Part shown: positions 41,652 through 49,711 of the stretch, in pieces
Layout of the letters: every line of letters begins with the position of its first letter
How positions within the stretch are numbered: position 1 is the first letter of the stretch
Assembly (NCBI GenBank): GCA_050252455.1
Contig: JBFWKW010000007.1
Span: 296 to 64,295, forward strand
From: Campylobacterales bacterium
GTDB taxonomy: Bacteria; Campylobacterota; Campylobacteria; Campylobacterales; UBA6016
Length of the DNA stretch: 64,000 nucleotides
Reading direction: 5' to 3'
The notes under the pieces: generated by a model
What the model saw: the letters and a program-made list of their open reading frames with translations, nothing else
The model's database searches: none
What the model was told of the DNA's origin: nothing
Program-made: the position numbers and the translations under genes

Positions 41652-42599
41652 TTGATAACTTATGAAGAGGTAAACGGCTCTCTTGTAAAGCTGGATGAAA
41701 ACGAGATAAAAGAGGATGCCCATCAGGTATTTATATCTACGTTAAATAAGCCCCTTCTTGTTAACTGGCTAAAAGCGGAAGAATTGCCGGAGCCTTTTTT
41801 TGAGGATATTGCCTCTTTCGAGCAGACGCCGTCGTTTGAGGATTTTAGTGAAGGTACGGTTCTTATCCTTAAATATCTCAAGCTTGAAAGAGATGAGTTT
41901 ATCGACTTCTATGAAGAGAATGTGGCTTTAATTAATCTAGGAAATAAGCTCGCGATAGTTTGCAAAGATGAGATGACCGCTTTTGATATAGAGATGAAGT
42001 TTGACAAGCGTATGCGCGGCAAAAAAACAAATCTATATTTTGAGATGTATACATTTTTGGATATTTTGACGGATCAGCAGATACAGGCGCTGGATAGTGC
42101 AAACTCCATCCTTGAGGAGCTTGAAGAGAATATTCTCTCGGAGAGCGTTGAGAGACAAGAGACGCTAAAAAATCTATATTACGCTAGACGTTCGCTAAAT
42201 AGGCTATCTCATATCTTTGTGAATGAATCGGTTGCACTTAGCCGTTTTTTCACTAGCATTACGACATCGATTAAAAAGAAATTTAGATTTGAGTTTTTGG
42301 ATCTAAAAGAGCACAAGCAAAGTCTTGTTGCCGAGTGTAAGTCGCTCCAAGACAAGACGGTCAGCCTACTAAATCTTCAGCTGGGCCTTACCGACAATAA
42401 AGCCAATGAGGCAATGCAAAAACTAGCCGGTATCTCTCTTATTTTTATACCGCTCACATTTTTTACGTCGATATTTAGTATGAATTTTGAGCATATGCCG
42501 GAGCTAAAGACTGAGCACGGGTATCATGTAATGCTTGTGATAACTTTAGCCACCGGCGTTGCAATATACTATTGGCTTAAAAAAAGGAAGTTCTTATAG
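41652..42599 (+). CDS. corA: CorA-family divalent cation transporter with SMN instead of GMN motif
   Basis: The C-terminus has two TMs, FIPLTFFTSIFSMNFEHMPEL...KKRKFL. TTG start after GGCGGAGG. Confidence 0.8.
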   Translation: MITYEEVNGSLVKLDENEIKEDAHQVFISTLNKPLLVNWLKAEELPEPFFEDIASFEQTPSFEDFSEGTVLILKYLKLERDEFIDFYEENVALINLGNKLAIVCKDEMTAFDIEMKFDKRMRGKKTNLYFEMYTFLDILTDQQIQALDSANSILEELEENILSESVERQETLKNLYYARRSLNRLSHIFVNESVALSRFFTSITTSIKKKFRFEFLDLKEHKQSLVAECKSLQDKTVSLLNLQLGLTDNKANEAMQKLAGISLIFIPLTFFTSIFSMNFEHMPELKTEHGYHVMLVITLATGVAIYYWLKKRKFL

Positions 42600-42998
42600 C
42601 TTTTTTGCTTTTTTGAGCGCCTCGGTTAGATAATCCATAAATTCATTCGGGTATTTAAAACCCACCGCCGTTTGGCTCACTATATTCCCTTTTTTATCAA
42701 GAAAAAACGTACTCGGCACCATCATTCTGTGGCTCAAAGGTTGCGGCATAGTGTCCGTATCTCTATTTAAAATCACATAAATAAAATCTTTGTTTATTGC
42801 CGTTTCTATTATTTTGCTTTTTAATGTTTCGGCTTCAAACTTACGACACCAAGGGCACGTACTTGATACGACCGTGGTAACAACTATTTTATTTGTTTTT
42901 GCGGCTTCCTGCATCGCCTCGTCGTATTTTTTGAATTTAATCTCCGCAAACAAAGATAGTGTAAAAAAAAGTGTAGCAACCGCTATTTTCGGTATCAT
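42594..42998 (-). CDS. Periplasmic thioredoxin-fold protein
   Basis: It has a signal peptide and a CPWC active-site motif (SSTCPWCRKFE). Confidence 0.7.
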   Translation of the reverse strand: MIPKIAVATLFFTLSLFAEIKFKKYDEAMQEAAKTNKIVVTTVVSSTCPWCRKFEAETLKSKIIETAINKDFIYVILNRDTDTMPQPLSHRMMVPSTFFLDKKGNIVSQTAVGFKYPNEFMDYLTEALKKAKKL

Positions 42999-43092
42999 AA
43001 TGCAATTCCTGCTTGAGTTTTTCTATTATTTATTGTAACATCTATGAAATTATTTTGGTGTAGCTAGAAATAGGCGTTTTATTTAACAAAAT

Positions 43093-43103
43093 TGATATAT
43101 AAT
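43093..43103 (+). promoter_or_regulatory. Candidate extended -10 promoter (TGaTATATAAT) for the small-ORF/cheY/mutS2 unit
   Basis: It lies in the AT-rich divergent spacer and overlaps the ORF-track ATG 43102, which favours the internal start 43153. Confidence 0.35.
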
Positions 43104-43152
43104 GCCGACAGTTTTTATGCATAAAAATTATACTCTTTTGGAGCGTAGCTGG

Positions 43153-43365
43153 ATGAATAAGCAAGAGAAAAACCTTATTAAGCAAGCAAGAGAAGATATG
43201 GACGAGACCGTCATATCAAATGCTTCTTTTAGAATTCAGTCTATACTTGAAGAGGTTTTCCAAAAAGGTATAGAGGTCGGCGAAACGATAGGTTATACTA
43301 AAGCAATTGTCGAGCATGCCGATTGTGCAAATATAAATATAAAACCAAAAAAGGGTTCAAAATAA
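43153..43365 (+). CDS. Small (70 aa) hypothetical protein translationally coupled to cheY
   Basis: MNKQEKNLIKQAREDMDE... begins with a GGAG 9 nt upstream. Its TAA (43363-43365) overlaps the cheY ATG (43365-43367). Confidence 0.4.
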   Translation: MNKQEKNLIKQAREDMDETVISNASFRIQSILEEVFQKGIEVGETIGYTKAIVEHADCANINIKPKKGSK

Positions 43366-43739
43366 TGAAAATACTTGTGGTAGACGATAGTTCAACAATG
43401 AGAAGAATTATAAAAAATACACTTAATCATTTGGGCTATAAGGATCTTCTTGAAGCCGAAGACGGCGCCCTTGCTTGGGAAACTATGACTCAAAACTCTG
43501 ATATAGGCGTATTGATTACAGACTGGAATATGCCGAACATGAACGGCTTGGAGCTTGTAAAAAAAGTTAGAGCAGAACAAAAATATGCAGATATGCCTAT
43601 AATCATGGTTACTACGGAGGGTGGTAAAACAGAAGTTATTACAGCCCTTAAAGCCGGTGTCAACAACTATATCGTTAAGCCTTTTACGCCTCAGGTTCTC
43701 AAAGAAAAACTAGAAGCCGTTTTAGGCATAAGCAACTAG
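43365..43739 (+). CDS. cheY: Chemotaxis response regulator CheY
   Basis: MKILVVDDSSTMRR, the phospho-Asp context LITDWNMPNMNG, VTTEG and the CheY-specific NNYIVKPF are present. 124 aa. Confidence 0.9.
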   Translation: MKILVVDDSSTMRRIIKNTLNHLGYKDLLEAEDGALAWETMTQNSDIGVLITDWNMPNMNGLELVKKVRAEQKYADMPIIMVTTEGGKTEVITALKAGVNNYIVKPFTPQVLKEKLEAVLGISN

Positions 43740-43743
43740 AATC

Positions 43744-45969
43744 TTGGCCGATAACAATGAGCTTTTAGGAAAGCTCGACCTAGAGTCTTTTTTGGGCTCT
43801 TTTTCCTCCTTTTTTGCAAGAGAGAAGCCGTTTTTTATGGACGGTGACCGCTCTTTGCATCTACGCTTTATCAAAGAACTTTCAAAATATCAGTTTGACT
43901 CTCCAAGGCCGATTAAAAACCTCGATGACGAGCTTATAAAACTCCAAAAATCCGGTATCCTGACAAAAGAGTCGCTAGGCGCATTTGCCAAGATGATATC
44001 GTATTTTGTCCGTCTTAAAAAATATAAGTTTGAAGGCGTATTGGCCGAGTGGTTATCCGGCATAGAGATATCCAAAAAAGCCATTTCTTTTTGTGATTTT
44101 TTTGAAGATAGCGGAGATTTTTGCTACGACAATCGCCCTGAGCTCCACAATGCAAAAACAAGCGTTGAAAATGCGAAAAAAAATATAACCAGAGAGCTTT
44201 CAAAATATCTACACAGCGAGAAACTTGCGCCGTATTTGGTTGATAGACAGCTGCACTATCTAGGCAAAGACGAACTGCTACTTCTTAGGGGTGGGTTTAA
44301 TGCAGTACTCAGAGGGAAGATAATATCCAGAAGTGCCGCCGGATTTTTCTATGTTTTGCCCTCGTCGGTCGATTCGCTAAAAGATGAGCTGGAAAAACGG
44401 ATATCTCATTTTGAAGAATTAGAATACGAGCTTTGCAAGGAGCTTTCAAAAATACTAGAAGAACTATTGCCGTTTTTGAAATACCTCAACAAGCAATTTG
44501 ATAGATTTGACCACTATCAGGCGAGGGTTGCTTTTGCTAGAATGGGGGATTATGAGTTTTTGGAGAGCATCGGCGGACAAAAGATAGTTCTGAAAGATTT
44601 TTATCATCCGGCGCTAGAGAAGCAAAAGGCAAAATCTTTTAATATCGCTCTTGACAAAAAAGCGCTCATCGTCACCGGCGTGAATGCCGGCGGCAAGACG
44701 ATGCTTTTAAAATCTATTCTTTCGGCTTGTTTTTTGGCTAAGTACCTAATACCTATGCATATCAATGCCTCCAAGTCGTCCGTGCCGTCTTTGCCGTCGA
44801 TAAATCTAATACTTGACGACCCGCAAAGCGTTCAAAACAACATATCTACATTTAGCGGTAGGATAAGGGCTTTTAGCCAAATTATCAATGCAAAGCCTGG
44901 AATAATAGGCGTGGATGAGATAGAGCTCGGTACCGACAGTGACGAGGCTGCGGCGCTGTTTAAGGTGGTGATAGAGGAGCTCATTGCTAGAGGGTTTTAT
45001 ATAGTTGTTACGACGCACCACAAAAAGCTTGCCTCGATGCTCGCCTCAAACGATAATGTCGAGCTTGCGGCGGCGCTGTACGATGAGGAAAAAGAACTCC
45101 CTAAATACGAGTTTTTGCAAGGGATTATCGGCAAGAGCTATGCGTTTGAGACGGCCGTCAAATACGGCATCCCTAGACACATGGTGGAAAAGGCCAAAAA
45201 AGTTTACGGAGACGACAAAGAGAGACTCTCCGAGCTAATAGATAAGGGCTACTTGCTTCAAGAGAGGCTAAACCTTGAGCTTAGAGAGATAGAGAAAGAG
45301 AAAGAGAAAATCAAGTTTGCCAAGCTAAGGCTTGAAGAGGAAAAAGAGAGAGAAGCAACCGAGTGGCAAAAGAAAAAATTTGCCCTTGAAAAATCCTATA
45401 GAGAAGCAGTCGAGCTAGCCAAGGAGGCTGCAAGAAAGAGCGATCAGGCGGAGATACACAGGGCGCTTAACGCCGCAAATGAGCGCTACAAAGAGATAAG
45501 CGAGCAGAGAAAAGAGAAACAAAAAGAGAGTTTTGCCGTCGGCGACTCGGTGTTGTATCGCGGCATGAAGGGGAATATAGAATCAATCGGTAAAGATGTG
45601 TTTATCGTTGTTGACGGCAGAAAACTGAGGGTAGATAAAAAGCAGTTTTTTGAAGAGGCAAAAAAAACTGATAAGATAAAAAAAGATAAAAAACAAGCCC
45701 CTAAAGTCAGCGTACAAAAGCCTCAAAGCGGCGGCGTAAAATTAGACTTGCATGGCTACAGGGTGGAAGAAGCCCTCGAGGAGCTTGATAAATTCATATC
45801 CGACGCGCTACTTGCCGGTTTTGAAGAGATACTCGTATATCACGGAATAGGTACAGGCAGACTCGCCGCCGCCGTAAGGGAATATCTAAAAACACACAAA
45901 GGCGTAGCATATATAGAAGACGCTCCTATGTCAATGGGCGGCTACGGTGCTACGCTCATACATCTATAA
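43744..45969 (+). CDS. mutS2: Endonuclease MutS2 (MutS ATPase domain + C-terminal Smr)
   Basis: Walker A GVNAGGKT, DEIELGTD, a Lys/Glu coiled coil and a C-terminal Smr domain (LDLHGYRVEEALEELDKFI...HGIGTGRL) are present. Confidence 0.9.
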   Translation: MADNNELLGKLDLESFLGSFSSFFAREKPFFMDGDRSLHLRFIKELSKYQFDSPRPIKNLDDELIKLQKSGILTKESLGAFAKMISYFVRLKKYKFEGVLAEWLSGIEISKKAISFCDFFEDSGDFCYDNRPELHNAKTSVENAKKNITRELSKYLHSEKLAPYLVDRQLHYLGKDELLLLRGGFNAVLRGKIISRSAAGFFYVLPSSVDSLKDELEKRISHFEELEYELCKELSKILEELLPFLKYLNKQFDRFDHYQARVAFARMGDYEFLESIGGQKIVLKDFYHPALEKQKAKSFNIALDKKALIVTGVNAGGKTMLLKSILSACFLAKYLIPMHINASKSSVPSLPSINLILDDPQSVQNNISTFSGRIRAFSQIINAKPGIIGVDEIELGTDSDEAAALFKVVIEELIARGFYIVVTTHHKKLASMLASNDNVELAAALYDEEKELPKYEFLQGIIGKSYAFETAVKYGIPRHMVEKAKKVYGDDKERLSELIDKGYLLQERLNLELREIEKEKEKIKFAKLRLEEEKEREATEWQKKKFALEKSYREAVELAKEAARKSDQAEIHRALNAANERYKEISEQRKEKQKESFAVGDSVLYRGMKGNIESIGKDVFIVVDGRKLRVDKKQFFEEAKKTDKIKKDKKQAPKVSVQKPQSGGVKLDLHGYRVEEALEELDKFISDALLAGFEEILVYHGIGTGRLAAAVREYLKTHKGVAYIEDAPMSMGGYGATLIHL

Positions 45970-46059
45970 TCCCTTTTTTGATACTGCATTAAGCCCCGCA
46001 TTGATACTATAAGTTAATTATTTGTTAAACAAAAAAGTAGTGCTTTAAGAGGAGCGAGA

Positions 46060-48048
46060 TTGGCATACGGTTTGTCAAGAGAAAGAGATCTTGTCGTTTT
46101 ATTCGTTGAGGACGAAGAGGTAATCAGAGATAGCTTCGCAAGTATGCTGAGGGCGAAGTTTGAGAACGTCCTAGTTGCGGATAATGGAGAAGATGCGCTA
46201 AAGCTCTTTGAGTCCAACAGGGTTGATATAGTCATCAGCGACATCATAATGCCAAAACTAAACGGTGTAAAACTAGCCAAAGAGATAAAAAAAATAGCAC
46301 CGTCCACTTTTGTTATGCTGGTGACGGCGAGCAACGATCATGAGTATCTTATGGAGGCGATAGAGGCCGGAGTTAATAGATTTATACTAAAGCCTCTCAA
46401 TGTAAAAAGCTTTTTTGAGGTTTTGGATGCGGTATGCAGCGAGCAGAAAATTAAAAAAGAGCTTGCCGAAAAAGACCAGCTTTTGGAGGAGTACAAAACT
46501 GCCGTCGATGCCAGCAACATCGTTTCAAAGACCGACACCAAAGGGATAATTACTTATGCAAATCAAGCCTTTTGTGACACAAGCGGTTATTCGGTTGAAG
46601 AGTTGATAGGTAAACCGCAAAACATAGTAAGACATCCCAATATGCCAAAAAGCGTATTTAAAGAGATGTGGGAGACTATCCAGTCAAAGCATATATACAA
46701 GGGCGTAGTCGAGAACAAGCGCAAGGACGGGAGTAGCTACTTTGTCGATGCAACGATAGTTCCTATTTTGGGCGTTGACGGCGAGATTATCGAATATCTG
46801 GGTATTAGACATGATATTACGGAGTTTATAAACAATAAACAAAAACTTTATACAAACGCATTGACCGGGCTTCCGAATAGATATAAGCTCTCATCTGATT
46901 TGACTGCCGGAAACGGCGGCAGTTTGGCAGTTATAAACGTAGATTCGTTCAAGATACTCAACGACTACTATGGCTCAAATATAGGGGATATGGTTCTTGT
47001 CGAGCTGGCCGGTAGATTTGTCAAAATATTCGGCTCCAATAATCTAACTGTGTATAAGCTCTCGTCCGATGAATATGGCATTTTTTGCGAAGAGTGCAAA
47101 TCCGATTTTGTAGATGAGATAACAAGGGGCGTTCATCTTGCAACGATAGATAGTATAAGATGCGGAGACGTCGATATAGTAACAAGCGTAACGGCCGGAA
47201 TAGCCGTAGGTAAAGACGGTTTGCTCGAAAAAGCCAATATGGCTCTTGGATTTGCTAAAAAATATAAAAAGCAGATATCCGTGTATGATGAGAGCATGCT
47301 AATAGGCAAAAACTATGAAAAAAACATCACAATTTCAAAAACACTCAGAGAGGCGATAGACGGAGATTGGTTTGTCCCTTATTTTCAGCCGATAGTAAAC
47401 TGCGTGACAAATGAGATAGAAAAATATGAAACATTGGTTCGTATAGTCAAGCCAAGCGGGGAGGTCCTATCGCCGATGGAGTTTCTCGATGTGGCTAAGG
47501 CTACAAGGCTATACCCGCATATCACTAGAACTATGATAGCAAAGGCTTTTGAGATATTTAAAAACAAAAAAGAGTCTTTTTCCGTCAACTTGTCGGTAGA
47601 GGATATACTAGATGAGCATACAAGGGCTTTTGTCCTTGGAATGCTTGGCGGATACGGTATATCGGATCGTGTTATATTTGAGATATTGGAGTCTGAGGGG
47701 ATAGAAAATTACGGCGATGTATCCGAGTTTCTCGCCGCAGCAAAAAAATTTGGCGTTAAAATAGCTATTGACGATTTTGGAACCGGGTATTCTAATTTTG
47801 AGCATCTTGCCAAACTGAACGTAGATATCATAAAAATAGACGGGAGTCTAATTAGAAACATAGATACGAACTCAAACTCCGAAATTATAGTAGAGACTAT
47901 AGTTAGCTTTGCAAAGAAGCTTGGAATGCAGAGCGTTGCCGAATTTGTTCATTCAAAAGAAGTGTACGATAAAATAAAAAAAATAGGAATCGACTATGCG
48001 CAGGGATATCTTTTGGGTAAGCCTGACGTATTGTCAGAGGGCAAATAA
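46060..48048 (+). CDS. REC - Aer-like PAS - degenerate GGDEF (SSDEY) - EAL protein
   Basis: The receiver has VEDEE, VISDIIMP, LVTAS and ILKP. The PAS domain has NIVRHPNMPKSVFKEMW. The GGDEF position reads KLSSDEY. The EAL domain has EILESEG, DDFGTGYSNF, KIDGSLI and QGYLLGKP. TTG start after AAGAGGAG. Confidence 0.9.
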   Translation: MAYGLSRERDLVVLFVEDEEVIRDSFASMLRAKFENVLVADNGEDALKLFESNRVDIVISDIIMPKLNGVKLAKEIKKIAPSTFVMLVTASNDHEYLMEAIEAGVNRFILKPLNVKSFFEVLDAVCSEQKIKKELAEKDQLLEEYKTAVDASNIVSKTDTKGIITYANQAFCDTSGYSVEELIGKPQNIVRHPNMPKSVFKEMWETIQSKHIYKGVVENKRKDGSSYFVDATIVPILGVDGEIIEYLGIRHDITEFINNKQKLYTNALTGLPNRYKLSSDLTAGNGGSLAVINVDSFKILNDYYGSNIGDMVLVELAGRFVKIFGSNNLTVYKLSSDEYGIFCEECKSDFVDEITRGVHLATIDSIRCGDVDIVTSVTAGIAVGKDGLLEKANMALGFAKKYKKQISVYDESMLIGKNYEKNITISKTLREAIDGDWFVPYFQPIVNCVTNEIEKYETLVRIVKPSGEVLSPMEFLDVAKATRLYPHITRTMIAKAFEIFKNKKESFSVNLSVEDILDEHTRAFVLGMLGGYGISDRVIFEILESEGIENYGDVSEFLAAAKKFGVKIAIDDFGTGYSNFEHLAKLNVDIIKIDGSLIRNIDTNSNSEIIVETIVSFAKKLGMQSVAEFVHSKEVYDKIKKIGIDYAQGYLLGKPDVLSEGK

Positions 48049-48057
48049 GGCATAGGT

Positions 48058-49710
48058 TTGGAATTATTACAAGAGTATTCGGAAGTCGATAAATACAAAG
48101 ATATTAAGCTTTTATGCGTCGAAGATGAGCCCGAGGTCGGCACATGGTTTTTGAAGCATTTTTCAAAAATTATCCCATCCGTGTTTGTTGCTAATGACGG
48201 TGCAGAAGGGTTTGAAATATTCAAGCGAGAGATGCCGGACATCGTCATAACCGATATTATGATGCCATCCATGAACGGGCTTGAACTTGCAAAAAAGATA
48301 AAAGAGATATCGCCTAGGACAAAAATAATAGTCGTGACGGCCTACGGCAGCAGTGAATATCTCATGGAGGCTATTGAAATAGGGGTTGATAGATTCATGA
48401 CAAAACCTCTATCACTTGAAAAACTAGACAAATCTTTTTTTTCGTGCGCCAAGGTAATAGCGACTGAAAAAGAACTTGTTAAAAAGAAAGAAGAGATAAG
48501 CCAAATAGAGAATGTGGACTCTTTGACTTTGTTGCCAAACAGAAGAAAACTAATAGAAATAATAGAGCTCTGTGATTATCCGGCTCTTGCGATACTAAAT
48601 ATAGATTCGTTCAAGGAAGTTAACGATTTTTACGGACATTCTGCCGGCGATAGTCTGCTTTTGGAGATAGCAAAAAGAATTTCCAAGATGGCAAAAGAAG
48701 ACGGATACGATGTCTTTAAGCTCTCGGCAGACGAGTATGCGATATTCAAAGACTCATCATGCAAAAACGAATTTAGCCAATATATAAACTCCCTAATCGA
48801 TAGAATGGAGTCTGAAAACTTCAGCTATGACGAAAACGACATAACCGTTTCGTTTACCGCCGGTATCGCGCTGGGTAAAACATCTCTTTTGTCAAAGGCC
48901 GACATGGCGCTCAAAGAGGCAAAACGCTCCAAAAAAACTTTTGTGGTATACGAGGAAAGCCTAAAGGTGATGGAGATTTATTCAAGTAATCTAACCTGGA
49001 GCAAAAAACTTAGAAGCGCCATTAAAGACAATAGAATAGTCTCATATTTTCAGCCGATAGTAGACAACAAAACCCTTGAAATAAAAAAATACGAATGCTT
49101 GGCCAGAATGCTTGACGATAGCGGCAATAGTATCTCTCCCAACTACTTTTTGGATATATCGAAAAAAAATAGGCTGTATCCTAGAATAACAAAAAAAATG
49201 TTGGATATGTCGTTTGAAATTTTCTCCGGATTGGAGTATGAGTTTTCGGTAAACCTTTGCGTAGAGGATATGCTAGATCCGGCAACCAGCTCTTATATTT
49301 ACTCAAAGCTCGATGCGTACAGAGGCAGGGCAAAAGTAGCGTTTGAGATTTTGGAATCGGAGCGGATAGAGGAGTACGACGAGGTTAAAGAGTTTATCAA
49401 AAATATCAAGCGACTCGGCGGCAAGATATCGATAGATGACTTCGGTAGCGGCTACTCAAATTTCGAGCATATTTTGCGCCTCAACGTAGACTATATCAAA
49501 ATAGACGCGTCCATGATAAAACACATAGATACGGACAGGAATTCTCAAATTATAGTGGACACGATAGTCGGGTTTGCTCAAAAGCTGGGGATTAAAACTA
49601 TAGCCGAGTTTGTCCATTCCGAGGGTGTTTTCCACAAGGTAAGAGAGCTTGGCGTCGATATGTCGCAGGGGTATTATTTTTCCGCACCGACAGAGGGTAT
49701 ACAGGTATAG
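48058..49710 (+). CDS. REC - degenerate GGDEF (SADEY) - EAL protein
   Basis: The receiver has VEDEPE, VITDIMMP, VVTAY and MTKP. The GGDEF position reads KLSADEY. The EAL domain has EILESER, DDFGSGYSNF, KIDASMI and QGYYFSAP. Confidence 0.9.
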   Translation: MELLQEYSEVDKYKDIKLLCVEDEPEVGTWFLKHFSKIIPSVFVANDGAEGFEIFKREMPDIVITDIMMPSMNGLELAKKIKEISPRTKIIVVTAYGSSEYLMEAIEIGVDRFMTKPLSLEKLDKSFFSCAKVIATEKELVKKKEEISQIENVDSLTLLPNRRKLIEIIELCDYPALAILNIDSFKEVNDFYGHSAGDSLLLEIAKRISKMAKEDGYDVFKLSADEYAIFKDSSCKNEFSQYINSLIDRMESENFSYDENDITVSFTAGIALGKTSLLSKADMALKEAKRSKKTFVVYEESLKVMEIYSSNLTWSKKLRSAIKDNRIVSYFQPIVDNKTLEIKKYECLARMLDDSGNSISPNYFLDISKKNRLYPRITKKMLDMSFEIFSGLEYEFSVNLCVEDMLDPATSSYIYSKLDAYRGRAKVAFEILESERIEEYDEVKEFIKNIKRLGGKISIDDFGSGYSNFEHILRLNVDYIKIDASMIKHIDTDRNSQIIVDTIVGFAQKLGIKTIAEFVHSEGVFHKVRELGVDMSQGYYFSAPTEGIQV

Positions 49711-49711
49711 C

